Position numbers and translations under genes: made by a program
In this document: positions 29,670 through 39,138 of the stretch, piece after piece
How positions within the stretch are numbered: the first letter of the stretch is position 1
How the letters are laid out: each line of letters begins with the position of its first letter
Notes under the pieces: generated by a model
What the model was told of the DNA's origin: nothing
What the model saw: only the letters and a program-made list of their open reading frames with translations
The model's database searches: none
NCBI GenBank assembly: GCA_963779755.1
Contig: CAVZZO010000001.1
Span: 1,248,001 to 1,312,000 of the forward strand
Direction: 5' to 3'
Length of the DNA stretch: 64,000 nt
DNA from: an uncultured Gemmatimonadales bacterium
GTDB lineage: Bacteria > Gemmatimonadota > Gemmatimonadetes > Gemmatimonadales > GWC2-71-9

Positions 29670-30261
29670 GAGCCACCCGCGCGTTGGGAAGAGTCAGGAG
29701 GCGGCGCAGCGCGAGCACGCCCGTCAGGTAGGCCAGCGAGAGCGATCCCGAGGCCGCCGCCAGCCGGGCGGGCGAGCCGAGGAACGATCGGACGCTGTCA
29801 TACCAGGGTTGCTCGATCACGTTGGAGGCCGCGGTCCGGACCCCGACCCAGAGCCACTCGCCCGCCTGGGAGCCGAGCCATTGGCCCAGCGTGGCCAGGG
29901 TCTCCTGGTGGCCCAGCGTCCAGGCGACGCTGGCCCCCATGGACCCCAGCACGGCGGCGGCCAGACCGGCCGCGACGGCGAGTGACCTGCGGGAGGCGAA
30001 GATCTTCCGGCGAGTGGGCTGGAACGATGGAACCGCGGCGGGCATACCGGCCGGCACCCTGGCCATGACGCGATCGGCGAACCCCGGCCCGGGCGTGAAC
30101 AGGGGCAGCGCGGCCAGCCGGGCCGCCAGCCGCTGTTCCGCCAGGGCGAACTGGTGGCACGGCTCGCAGACGTCGAGATGACGAAGCTTGACCTGGTCCA
30201 GCCGCCCTTCCAGCAGGGCGTCCAGGTCGTCTGAGGTGAGGTGCATCATACCCGGTTCCAT
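29656..30261 (-). CDS. Zinc-finger (ZAS) anti-sigma factor, membrane-bound
   Basis: HLDVCEPC = HxxxCxxC; TM helices; directly downstream of ECF sigma. Confidence 0.85.
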   Translation of the reverse strand: MEPGMMHLTSDDLDALLEGRLDQVKLRHLDVCEPCHQFALAEQRLAARLAALPLFTPGPGFADRVMARVPAGMPAAVPSFQPTRRKIFASRRSLAVAAGLAAAVLGSMGASVAWTLGHQETLATLGQWLGSQAGEWLWVGVRTAASNVIEQPWYDSVRSFLGSPARLAAASGSLSLAYLTGVLALRRLLTLPNARVAHASV

Positions 30262-30273
30262 AGCCTGTGGTCT

Positions 30274-30302
30274 CCTACGAACGGTTCAGGATACAGGTTT
30301 CA
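30274..30302 (-). promoter_or_regulatory. SigW-like ECF promoter TGAAAC-N17-CGTAGG upstream of anti-sigma
   Basis: TGAAAC (30302-30297) includes the sigma stop codon; CGTA at 30279-30276. Confidence 0.65.
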
Positions 30303-30905
30303 TTCGCGCAGGTCCGACAGCAAGTCGCGTAACTCATTGCGTGCCCGGTGGATGTAGGTCTTCACCGTGCCCAGCGGCAGCTCCAGGATCTGGGCGATTT
30401 CTTCATAGGGCCGCCCCTCGACATGCCGCAGGAGAATGCAGGCACGGTATTCGGGCCGGAGCTGCGCGATGGCCTGCTCGATGGCCGTGCCGATTTCCCG
30501 CGCTTCCATCTCCTCCAGCGGCGTCTCGCCGCGGTCGCTCAGTTGCAGGGAGGTCGCCTCGACCGCGTCCGGCGTCGCGGCATGGGGCGAGCCCTCCAGC
30601 GAGAGCGTATTCAGCTCCCGACGCCGCAGATGATCGATGGCCGCGTTGTTGGCGATCTTGAAAATCCAGGAGGAAAACTTGAACTCCGGCCGGTAGGACT
30701 CGATGGCGTTCAGCGCCTTGATGAAGGTCTCCTGCGCCAGGTCCTCGGCCAGTTCCCGGTCCCGCACCATGCGATAGATGAGACTGAACACCGGGCGCTC
30801 GTACCGGCGGATGAGTTCCCGGTACGCTGCCTCGCGGCCCTGCCGCGCCAGGACGACGATCTCCTGGTCGGTCGCCCCCGCGAGATCCGCCCGGGCGTCA
30901 GCCAC
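30300..30905 (-). CDS. ECF RNA polymerase sigma factor (SigW/RpoE-like)
   Basis: AEDLAQETFIKA, FSSWIFKIA.N..ID.LR, YEEIA..L.LPLGTVKT.IHRAR. Confidence 0.95.
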   Translation of the reverse strand: MADARADLAGATDQEIVVLARQGREAAYRELIRRYERPVFSLIYRMVRDRELAEDLAQETFIKALNAIESYRPEFKFSSWIFKIANNAAIDHLRRRELNTLSLEGSPHAATPDAVEATSLQLSDRGETPLEEMEAREIGTAIEQAIAQLRPEYRACILLRHVEGRPYEEIAQILELPLGTVKTYIHRARNELRDLLSDLRE

Positions 30906-30958
30906 GGCGCCGGCTCACGCTTGCGAAGCCGGTTCCGGCCCGGCTACATTCGCGCTCG

Positions 30959-31708
30959 ATGTCGGCCTCGGAAAACAGGTTCGCTCTCGCCGGCGGCGCG
31001 GAAAAGCGGCGGTACGTGCGGGGCATGTTCACCGCCATTGCCCCCCGTTACGATCTCCTCAACCATGTGCTCAGCCTCAACGTGGACCGCCGCTGGCGGC
31101 GCCAGGCGGTGGGGCTTCTGGAATGGGAGCGCGCGCCCCGCGGGGTGTATCTGGACCTCTGTGCCGGAACCCTCGACCTCGCCGCCACCCTGGCCGGCCG
31201 GCCCGGGTTTGCCGGACGGGTGGTCGGGGTGGATTTCGTGCTGCCCATGCTCGAACTCGGCCGCGGGAAATCGAGCCGGGTGGAGCCCCTGAACGGCGAT
31301 GCGCTCGAGCTGCCCTTTGCGGATGCCTCCTTCGACGGCGCCACCGTCGGATTCGGCGTGCGGAACCTGGCGGACCTCGATGCGGGGTTGCGCGAGGCGG
31401 CGCGCGTGCTGCGCCCGGGCGCCCGGCTGGTGATCCTGGAGTTCACCACGCCCCGCTTCTGGCCGCTCAAGGCCATGTACCTCTTCTATTTTCGTCGGAT
31501 CCTGCCGTGGATCGGCCGGCTCGTGTCGAAACATACGACCGCCTATACCTACCTGCCAGAGTCGGTATTGTCCTTTCCCGGCCCTGACGAACTGGCGGTG
31601 AAGATGAACACCGCGGGCTTCGAAGGGGTGCAGTATAGATTGCTGTTCGGCGGGATCTGTGCGCTGCATGCCGGGACCAGGAACCAGGGACCAGGCACCC
31701 AGGGATAA
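30959..31708 (+). CDS. menG: Demethylmenaquinone methyltransferase MenG/UbiE
   Basis: MF..IA.RYD.LN, LDLCAGT.D, GFGVRN, RVLRPG, AY.YLPES. Confidence 0.93.
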   Translation: MSASENRFALAGGAEKRRYVRGMFTAIAPRYDLLNHVLSLNVDRRWRRQAVGLLEWERAPRGVYLDLCAGTLDLAATLAGRPGFAGRVVGVDFVLPMLELGRGKSSRVEPLNGDALELPFADASFDGATVGFGVRNLADLDAGLREAARVLRPGARLVILEFTTPRFWPLKAMYLFYFRRILPWIGRLVSKHTTAYTYLPESVLSFPGPDELAVKMNTAGFEGVQYRLLFGGICALHAGTRNQGPGTQG

Positions 31709-31775
31709 GGCCCATCCGAACTTCCTGAGTTCTGGTTCCTGTCCCTGGTCCCTGATCCCCGATTCCTGATCCCTT
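31672..31775. repeat. Inverted degenerate heptamer arrays (GGGACCA/GGAACCA)...(TGGTCCC/TGATCCC)
   Basis: Left arm encodes the menG C-terminus GTRNQGPGTQG. Confidence 0.75.
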
Positions 31776-31795
31776 CAATCCTTCATTCCTTGCTC

Positions 31796-33283
31796 ATGGC
31801 CCTCGACTCAACCCGCGAGTTCCTCGACGCCATTGACGGGATCGGAGAGCTGGTCCGCATCTCCTTCCCCGTGCGCACCCGGCTCGAGATCGCCGAGATT
31901 GCCGACCGCTGCATGAAGAGCCCGGGCGGGGGGCCGGCCCTGCTGTTCGAGCAGGTGATCCAGGACGACGGCCGGCGCAGCGCCATGCCCGTCGCGATCA
32001 ACCTCTTCGGTTCCATGCGCCGCATGGAGCTGGCCCTGGGCGTGACTGCGCTGGACCATATCGGCGAGCGCATCGAGGCCATGCTGGACCTCAAGGTGCC
32101 GCAGGGCCTCCTGGGCAAACTGTCCATGCTGCCGCGGCTGGCGGAGATGGCCAAATTCCCGCCCCGTACCCGGAGCCGTGGGGCGGCACAGGAGGTTCTG
32201 CGGGATGCGGACGTGGATCTGTCCCGCATTCCCGCGCTCACCACCTGGCCCCAGGATGGCGGCCCCTATCTGACGCTGCCCATGGTCATCACCACCGATC
32301 CGGGAACAGGCTCCCGCAACGTGGGGATGTACCGGGTGCAGGTGCTGGGGAAGGACACGCTGGCCATGCACTGGCAGCGGCACAAGGTGGGCGCCGCCCA
32401 CTGGCGCGCCATGGCCGCACGGGGCGAGAAGATGCCGGTCGTGATCGCGCTGGGGGGCGATCCCGCCTGCGTCTATTCGGCCAGCGCGCCGCTTCCGCCC
32501 GGCATCGACGAGTTCCTCTTCGCCGGGTTTCTCCGCCGGAGCCCGGTGGAGCTCACCCGCGCGCTGACCTGTGAGCTGGAGTATCCCGCCGGGAGCGATA
32601 TCGTGCTGGAGGGTTATATCGATCCGGCCGAGGACCTGGTGCTGGAAGGCCCGTTCGGCGACCACACGGGGTTCTACTCGCTGGCGGACTACTATCCGAA
32701 GGTGCATGTCACCGCGATGAGTCTCCGGAAGGACCCGGTCTATATCGCGACGCTGGTGGGCCGTCCTCCCATGGAGGACTATTACCTGGGCCATGCCACC
32801 GAGCGGATCTTTCTCCCGCTGCTCAGGCTCACCCTGCCCGAGATCGTGGATTACCACATGCCGGCCGCCGGCATCTTCCACAACCTGGTCTTCGTCGCCA
32901 TCGACAAGCAGTACCCCGGGCAGGCCTGGAAGGTGATGAATGCCCTCTGGGGGCAGGGGCTCATGTCGCTGGCCAAGGTGCTGGTCGTCGTGGACCGCGA
33001 GGTCAACGTCCGCGACCCCGACGAGGCCTGGTGGGTGGCGCTCAACAATATCGATCCCGAGCGCGACGTCCGCTTCACCATGGGGCCCATGGACGTGCTG
33101 GATCATGCCAGCCGGGCGTTCACCTACGGCAGCAAGATGGGGATCGACGCCACCCGCAAGTGGCCCGAAGAGGGCTTCACCCGGGAGTGGCCCGAGCGAA
33201 TCGAGATGGACGGCGAAACGAAGGCCCGGGTGGATGCGATGTGGGAGAAGCTGGGCATACGGCTGCCAGACGGTGAGCGGTAA
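31796..33283 (+). CDS. ubiD: UbiD-family decarboxylase (menaquinone biosynthesis, MqnL-like)
   Basis: PALLFE, NLFGS, NVGMYR, EGPFGDHTGFY, LDH, KMGIDAT. Confidence 0.93.
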   Translation: MALDSTREFLDAIDGIGELVRISFPVRTRLEIAEIADRCMKSPGGGPALLFEQVIQDDGRRSAMPVAINLFGSMRRMELALGVTALDHIGERIEAMLDLKVPQGLLGKLSMLPRLAEMAKFPPRTRSRGAAQEVLRDADVDLSRIPALTTWPQDGGPYLTLPMVITTDPGTGSRNVGMYRVQVLGKDTLAMHWQRHKVGAAHWRAMAARGEKMPVVIALGGDPACVYSASAPLPPGIDEFLFAGFLRRSPVELTRALTCELEYPAGSDIVLEGYIDPAEDLVLEGPFGDHTGFYSLADYYPKVHVTAMSLRKDPVYIATLVGRPPMEDYYLGHATERIFLPLLRLTLPEIVDYHMPAAGIFHNLVFVAIDKQYPGQAWKVMNALWGQGLMSLAKVLVVVDREVNVRDPDEAWWVALNNIDPERDVRFTMGPMDVLDHASRAFTYGSKMGIDATRKWPEEGFTREWPERIEMDGETKARVDAMWEKLGIRLPDGER

Positions 33284-33286
33284 GCG

Positions 33287-34255
33287 GTGAGCGGCCAGCG
33301 GGATCTCGGGCCCGGCTCCGGCGCTCCCGGTGAGCGGCCGCTCCCCGCTCCCCGCTCCCCACTCCCCCGCGAGGGCCAGACCTTCGGCGGCGCGTCGCTG
33401 CTGGTGCGCTACGCCAATTTCGTCAAGCTGCCGCACACCCTCTTCGCGCTGCCCTTCGCCCTGCTCGGGTTGCTGGCCGCGAGCCGCCGGGCGCCGGTCA
33501 CCTGGCGGGACATTGCCCTGGTGGTGGTGGCGTTCTCGGCGGCCCGGTGGGTCGCCATGGGCTTCAACCGCATCGCCGATCTGGAATACGACCGCAGGAA
33601 TCCCCGGACCCGGGCCCGGGAGCTCCCCCGCGGCGCGCTCACTCTGGGGCAGGCCTGGGGATCGGTCCTCGTGGCCGCGGCCCTCTTCGTGGCTGCGGCC
33701 GGCCTGCTCAATCCCCTCTGTCTCCGGTTGAGCCCGCTGGCGCTGGCCTGGATCACCTCCTACAGCTTTGCCAAGCGCTTCACCTGGTGGCCCCACCTCT
33801 GGCTGGGCCTGAGCCTGGCGATCGCCCCGGTGGGCGGCTATCTCGCCGTTACCGGCCGCTGGAGCACGCCCTGGTGGCTGCTGGCAGCGATCACCGTTGC
33901 GGTGGCGGCGTGGGTGGCCGGCTTCGACATCTTCTACGCCCTGCCGGACCACGAGTTCGACCGTGACGCGCAGCTGCGCAGCGCGGTGGTGCGCCTGGGC
34001 GAAGGGGGCAGTATTCTGCTGGCCAAGCTGCTGCACGCGATTACCATCCCCATGCTGGTGCTGTTCGGCTGGGGCGCCGGGTTCGGCGCCTGGTATTACC
34101 TCGGGGTGGCGCTGGCCGCCGGGATCCTGGTCTGGGAGCACCGCCTGGTGCGCCCCGGTGACCTGTCCCGGCTGGATGCGGCTTTCTTTACCATGAACGG
34201 GGTCATGTCGGTGACGGTGTTTGTGTTCGCGCTGATCGACCGGATGGCGCGATGA
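33287..34255 (+). CDS. ubiA: UbiA-family polyprenyltransferase (MqnP-like)
   Basis: HTLFALPFA, AMGFNR..D...D..NPRT..R, YS..KR, GFDIFYA..D. Confidence 0.92.
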   Translation: MSGQRDLGPGSGAPGERPLPAPRSPLPREGQTFGGASLLVRYANFVKLPHTLFALPFALLGLLAASRRAPVTWRDIALVVVAFSAARWVAMGFNRIADLEYDRRNPRTRARELPRGALTLGQAWGSVLVAAALFVAAAGLLNPLCLRLSPLALAWITSYSFAKRFTWWPHLWLGLSLAIAPVGGYLAVTGRWSTPWWLLAAITVAVAAWVAGFDIFYALPDHEFDRDAQLRSAVVRLGEGGSILLAKLLHAITIPMLVLFGWGAGFGAWYYLGVALAAGILVWEHRLVRPGDLSRLDAAFFTMNGVMSVTVFVFALIDRMAR

Positions 34256-34257
34256 AC

Positions 34258-34300
34258 AAGGGGACCAGGGACCGGGAATCGGGAACCAGGACCCCCAGCC
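34258..34300. repeat. Degenerate heptamer array (GGGACCA/GGGAATC)
   Basis: agggaccagggaccgggaatcgggaaccagg immediately after ubiA stop. Confidence 0.7.
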
Positions 34301-34400
34301 CCCGCCCCGGTTCCTCCCCCAGGGTCAAACCGCGGCCGGTGGCCCCGCCGGCGCCCCCGAAGCACCCGGTGAAGACGCCCACGCCCAACCGGAGAGGTCA

Positions 34401-34985
34401 ATGAGCGATCTGCCCCTGGTGCTGGCCGTGACCGGCGCGTCCGGCGCGCCCTACGCCGTGCGACTGCTGGAGGTGCTGGCCGGGAAGCGCGTTCCCGTGT
34501 GGCTGCTGGTGTCGAGCCATGGATGGCGCCTGCTGGCGGAGGAATGCGACATCAGGGATGACGCCGCCCTGCGGCAGGCCACCGGCGGCGACTGGTCGTC
34601 CATCACGCTCTTCCCCGACAACGACCGCGGCGCACTCCCCGCTTCCGGTTCCCGGCGCACCCGCGGAATGGTGATCTGCCCCTGCTCCATGGGCACCGTG
34701 TCCGCCGTGGCGCACGGCAGCAGCCGCTCCCTGGTGGAGCGCGCCGCCGACGTGACGCTGAAAGAGGGCCGCAAGCTCATCCTGGTACCGCGGGAAACCC
34801 CGCTCTCACTGGTGCATCTGCGGAACCTGACGGCCGCCGCCGAAGCCGGTGCCACCATCATCCCGGCCGCACCCGGCTTTTATCACCGGCCGCAGGCGAT
34901 CGCGGATCTGGTGGATTTCATCGTCCAGCGGATCCTGGACCACGCAGGTATCGAGGCCCAGATGAGCAAACGCTGGGAGGGATAG
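34401..34985 (+). CDS. ubiX: Flavin prenyltransferase UbiX
   Basis: TGASGA.Y, ASGS, PCSM.T, RAADV.LKE.R.L.LVPRETP, PGFY. Confidence 0.95.
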   Translation: MSDLPLVLAVTGASGAPYAVRLLEVLAGKRVPVWLLVSSHGWRLLAEECDIRDDAALRQATGGDWSSITLFPDNDRGALPASGSRRTRGMVICPCSMGTVSAVAHGSSRSLVERAADVTLKEGRKLILVPRETPLSLVHLRNLTAAAEAGATIIPAAPGFYHRPQAIADLVDFIVQRILDHAGIEAQMSKRWEG

Positions 34986-35029
34986 ACGCCCTCTTTTCTC
35001 TTTCCTCTTTTCCCTTTTCTCTCGTTTTC

Positions 35030-35509
35030 GTGCGCCTCGGCATCCTCTCCGATACCCACGGGCTGCTCCGGCCCCAGATCTTCGACGTCTTCAGCGAAGT
35101 GGACCGGATTCTCCACGCGGGGGACGTAGGCCCGCCCGAGCTACTGGAAGAACTGGCGGCCATCGCGCCGGTCACCGCGGTCTGGGGGAACACCGATGGG
35201 TGGGCCATCCGGGAGCGGGTGCCGGAAGTCGTGGCGCAGCGGATCGAAGGCCTGGATTTCGTGCTGGTGCACGGCCACCAGCTCGGCGCTCCCACTCCGG
35301 AGGCGCTGCACCGGCAGTACCCCGGAGCGGAGGTCATCGTCTACGGCCATACCCACCGGCCCCTGCTCACCACGGTAGACGTGGTCGTGACGGTGATGAA
35401 TCCCGGCGGCGCCGGCCACCGGCGCTTCAACCTGCCGGCCAGCGTGGGGATCATGGAACTGGAGGCGGGGCTCCCGCCCCGGGCGAGACTGGTGCCGCTG
35501 GAGGGGTGA
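35030..35509 (+). CDS. YfcE-type metallophosphoesterase
   Basis: SDTHG, HAGD, GNTD, HGH, GHTH, NPG. Confidence 0.9.
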   Translation: MRLGILSDTHGLLRPQIFDVFSEVDRILHAGDVGPPELLEELAAIAPVTAVWGNTDGWAIRERVPEVVAQRIEGLDFVLVHGHQLGAPTPEALHRQYPGAEVIVYGHTHRPLLTTVDVVVTVMNPGGAGHRRFNLPASVGIMELEAGLPPRARLVPLEG

Positions 35510-35539
35510 GAAGCGAGAACCGCCTTCCCGCCTTCCCGC

Positions 35540-37900
35540 CTACAGCCTGAAGAGATAACTCAGTTTGGCAAAGAAACTGTCGTCGGTCCGGTCGAGCCGC
35601 CGGAAGGCAAACGCGTCCTGATCGGTGAGATCGCTGCCGTATCCGGCAAAGAAGACGGTGCCGGGCACCGGCTGGTAGCTCAGCAGCAGATCGAAGTGCA
35701 GCAGGTTGCTGGCGCTGGCCGTCGAGCGAGCCAGGCCGCCGGGGCCGGCAATGAGAATGGGCGCGTTGGTGCGGGAATCGTCCCGTAGCGAGTCGGTCTG
35801 CTGCTGGACGTACTGCCCCACCAGGCGGACGAAGAGCGGCCGGCTCAGCTGGTACTCGAGCCTGGTGCGCAGGACCCGCCCCACGCTGACCAGGCTGCCG
35901 TCGGTGGGCCGGTTCACCTGCTGCCAGTTATAGCTGACGTCGGTCCGGAGCCGCCCGGTCGGGCGGTAGGAGAGGCTCAGGTTCAGGAGCTTGAGATCTC
36001 CCGACGCCCATTCGCTGAAGTTTTCGTCGTGCCCCTGCAGAAAGAACCCGTTCGCGCTGAAGTGCTTCCATTGCGGGGTGCCCACCTGCACGAGGTACTC
36101 CCCGTTGTGGATGGTGGGCTGCCCGGTGAAGGGGATGGTGTCGAGCCCGCCCCCCGCCGCCGGCACCTCCAGGCGGTAGCGGGAATACAGTGCGGAGTCG
36201 TAACCGAACGACTCGATGAAATAGCCCGCTCCCACATTCCAGCCGCCGCGCAGAGCCGCGTTCGCGTTCAGGTGCAGTTTCTGGTCCTGGATGTTGCGCC
36301 CGTGGATGAAGTGCTGGTATTGCCAGATGCCGTCCAGCACCACGTCGCCCGTGAACCGCTCCAGGAAGGCGCCGGGCCCGCCATAGACAGTGTAACTCGG
36401 ATCGACGTACGAGTGGACGATACCGGACCGGCCGATGAACCCGCTGGAGGTCTGGAAATCGTCGGAGATGCCGGCGAACAGGCTCCGCAGGCCCCAGGCC
36501 CGGCCGCGAATCAGGAACTGGCCCAGCCAGAGCGGCGCGGTGGTAGTGCGGCCGGCCGCGCGGGTATGGCTGCCGGCCACCTGGAAGTTGAGACTGTAGA
36601 TCCGGCCGAACACCAGGCGGCCGTCGACGTCGGCGACCCGGTTGAAGTCGTTACCGTCGATCCGGTCGGTGTAGGCCACGCCGATTCTCGAGGTGGCGCC
36701 CACGCTCCGTTGCAGCCGCAGGATGTTGAAGACCGGATGGTCCTTTCCCGTGGCCGAGGCGAACCGCTCATCCACGGCGGACAGCAGCCCGATATCCGCC
36801 CCGCCCAGGGAGCCGGTGAGCTTCACCGCCGCCACCGGTTGCACGATGCGCCGGGTGTAGATCAGGTTCTGCGGGACCTGGAACAGCTCGCTCGCTTCCA
36901 GGAAAAAGGGCCGCTTCTCGGCAAAGAAGAGCGCCTGGCGCGGGTCGAACGCGAGCTGCCCGGCATCCGACTCCACCTGCGAGAAATCCGGCTTGACCGA
37001 GCCGTTCAGCGTCAGGCTGTTGGTGACTCCCCAGCGGACGTTCCCGCCCCACTGCGGCATCCCGCCGGCATAGTCATACCCGGCCGCCCCGGGCATCCCG
37101 CTCACCTTGGTGGTGACCTCGGGGTTGAGGTCCATGACCAGGCCCCGATGCAGCCCGGTCAGCCCCAGCAGGGTGCCGGACTGCCCCAGGAACGTGGCGT
37201 CGGCGCGCTGGGCCGGGAACCAGGAGTCCTCGAACCCCGAGTGCTTCACCTCCCGCACCACATTCAGGCTCCAGTCCTGCGTGCGGTCTTCCTGATACCG
37301 GAAGCTCTTGAAGGGAATGCGGATCTCGACCTGGTAGCCCCAGGGCGTGACCTCGCCCTTGGAGCTGTAGACGAAATCCGGGTTCAGATCGGCCTGCTCG
37401 CGCCCCACCACCGCGCCCCCGATGAAGCCGCTGGCGGTCACGTTGGTGCCCTCGACCAGGGTGCCGTCTCCCTGGACGCCCAGCGGATTGACCGCAAACA
37501 GGAGCGCCTGCTTGCCGTCGTGCAGCGGGCCCAGGAGAATCTGAATGTTATCGTCGCTGAAGATCTGGTCGCGGTTTGCCAGCGTCGCCGTGGGCCGGCC
37601 ATGCAGTTCCCAGGCGCGAATCCCGAAGTAGATGGCGGTGGGAGAATACCACACCAGCACCTGAGTGGAATCGGCCGCGGGGATGCCGTCGTTCGGTGCG
37701 TACTGCGAGAATCCCGTCAGCACCGCCGCCCGGGCCCAGGCGTCCTCGGTGAGCCGGCCATCGACGGTCACGTCGGCTTCCACCCGCGGCAGCCGCACGT
37801 CCAGCTGGTGCGCCCGGCCGGAATAGACCGACGGCGGCGCGCCGCCGGTTACCGGTGATGTGGCGACAGTCTGAAACAGCGCCAACCAGGCCAGCAGCAT
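35540..37900 (-). CDS. Exported CBM9-like / DUF5916 outer-membrane protein
   Basis: VDG.L.E..W, F.VNP.GVQ.D, E.RIPF, PDFSQVE.D, EKRPFF.E, C-terminal KLSYLFRL. Confidence 0.85.
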   Translation of the reverse strand: MLLAWLALFQTVATSPVTGGAPPSVYSGRAHQLDVRLPRVEADVTVDGRLTEDAWARAAVLTGFSQYAPNDGIPAADSTQVLVWYSPTAIYFGIRAWELHGRPTATLANRDQIFSDDNIQILLGPLHDGKQALLFAVNPLGVQGDGTLVEGTNVTASGFIGGAVVGREQADLNPDFVYSSKGEVTPWGYQVEIRIPFKSFRYQEDRTQDWSLNVVREVKHSGFEDSWFPAQRADATFLGQSGTLLGLTGLHRGLVMDLNPEVTTKVSGMPGAAGYDYAGGMPQWGGNVRWGVTNSLTLNGSVKPDFSQVESDAGQLAFDPRQALFFAEKRPFFLEASELFQVPQNLIYTRRIVQPVAAVKLTGSLGGADIGLLSAVDERFASATGKDHPVFNILRLQRSVGATSRIGVAYTDRIDGNDFNRVADVDGRLVFGRIYSLNFQVAGSHTRAAGRTTTAPLWLGQFLIRGRAWGLRSLFAGISDDFQTSSGFIGRSGIVHSYVDPSYTVYGGPGAFLERFTGDVVLDGIWQYQHFIHGRNIQDQKLHLNANAALRGGWNVGAGYFIESFGYDSALYSRYRLEVPAAGGGLDTIPFTGQPTIHNGEYLVQVGTPQWKHFSANGFFLQGHDENFSEWASGDLKLLNLSLSYRPTGRLRTDVSYNWQQVNRPTDGSLVSVGRVLRTRLEYQLSRPLFVRLVGQYVQQQTDSLRDDSRTNAPILIAGPGGLARSTASASNLLHFDLLLSYQPVPGTVFFAGYGSDLTDQDAFAFRRLDRTDDSFFAKLSYLFRL

Positions 37901-37980
37901 GGCGTGAGCGTCTCCGAGAGGGGTGATGCAGCGAGGAACATCGGCACCGGTCCGGTGGGCGCGCCGACGGATCTCCGGCT

Positions 37981-38009
37981 CCTACGCAATCAATGGCATG
38001 CGGGATTCA
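37981..38009 (-). promoter_or_regulatory. SigW-like ECF promoter TGAATC-N17-CGTAGG upstream of DUF5916 gene
   Basis: Read on minus strand: TGAATC 38009-38004, CGTA 37986-37983. Confidence 0.55.
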
Positions 38010-38040
38010 GGCCACGCCTCACGTCTTACCTCCTCACTTC

Positions 38041-39138
38041 TCACGTCCACTCCTCCAGCGCCACCGTCCTCCGGTTGGCTCCCGGGTGCTGCCGGAACCA
38101 GGACATCACCAGCAGGATCTCATCCAGCTTCTCGGAGCAGAGCGAGTGTACCTCCGGCGGCGGCTCGGAACGCTCGTCGGCCACTACGGCGCGGAAGGCC
38201 TCGCGTTCGATCGGCGTGGTGGGATAGGGATAGGTGGCGCGAACCAGCCCCCGGCGGATGACATAGGCCCGGTCGTCGCCGAACTCGCCCGGATCGCGAT
38301 AGACGAAGCTCAGCAGGTCCAGCGCAGTCCGGGTCCGGGTGAGGGCCGCCAGCAGCCACTCCAGCGCCTCGAACTTTTCCCGCCAGAGGGCTGCGCGCTC
38401 GAAATCGTGGCCGCCGGCGTGCACCTGCATCTGGTCGACGATCCGGCCGACCGGCTCGATGGTGCGCCCCTCGAAGAAGGCCTGGGCGGTGCGGAACCGG
38501 GCCAGATAGTCCTGCTCCGTCACCAGGCCGGCGCAGGGCCCGGTGCAGGTGCCGAAGTCGTAGCGCAGGCACCCGGCGCGGCGTGGCGGCGCGAAGAGAT
38601 CCATCTGGCCGGCAAAGACGATCGGCATGTCGGCCGCGCAGTCCCGCAGGCCCAGCAGATCGTTCAGCACCCGCACGCCCCGGCCCACGCGTTCCCGTGA
38701 CGTGAAGGGTCCGAAACACTGCAGGTCCTGCGTGCCCCGGCCGGCGCCAAGGGCCAGCCGGGGCGCGGCCCCGCCCTGCATGCGGACGAAGGTCAGGCGC
38801 CGGTGACGGTTGAGGCTGCGGTTGAAGCTGGGGCGGTAGCGATGGATCGCCCGCATTTCACCCAGGTAGGCGGCGAATTCGCTGGGGACGTAGGTCCAGG
38901 CGATGTCGGCGGACGCCTGGAGGATGCGTGCCGCCTTGTCCTCGGGGTAGCGCGCCCGGAAATAGCTCAGCAGGCGATTGCGCAGGCGCCGGGCCTTGCC
39001 CACATAGATGACCCGGCCGGCTGCGTCGGTCATCCGGTAGACCGCCGGCCGGTTCTCGGCCAGCTTGCTCACCCGGTGCCGGAGCGCCGGCAGGTCGGCG
39101 GCGGGAAGCGGAAGGGCGATGGCCGCGCGACGGCTCAT
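38041..39138 (-). CDS. UvrC N-terminal-like (Cho-like) GIY-YIG nuclease
   Basis: PAVY...IYVGKA..LR.RL.SYF, Cys cluster, UVR coil FERAA..R; ATGA overlap with mutM. Confidence 0.85.
   Translation of the reverse strand: MSRRAAIALPLPAADLPALRHRVSKLAENRPAVYRMTDAAGRVIYVGKARRLRNRLLSYFRARYPEDKAARILQASADIAWTYVPSEFAAYLGEMRAIHRYRPSFNRSLNRHRRLTFVRMQGGAAPRLALGAGRGTQDLQCFGPFTSRERVGRGVRVLNDLLGLRDCAADMPIVFAGQMDLFAPPRRAGCLRYDFGTCTGPCAGLVTEQDYLARFRTAQAFFEGRTIEPVGRIVDQMQVHAGGHDFERAALWREKFEALEWLLAALTRTRTALDLLSFVYRDPGEFGDDRAYVIRRGLVRATYPYPTTPIEREAFRAVVADERSEPPPEVHSLCSEKLDEILLVMSWFRQHPGANRRTVALEEWT

Noticed and set aside
31808..34141. Long antisense ORFs (also 422..1882, 9166..10872, 10883..12577, 12253..14316, 36029..37858, 54396..56702, 61433..63604)
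   Set aside because: Shadow frames of well-supported genes, expected in high-GC DNA; no recognisable motifs.
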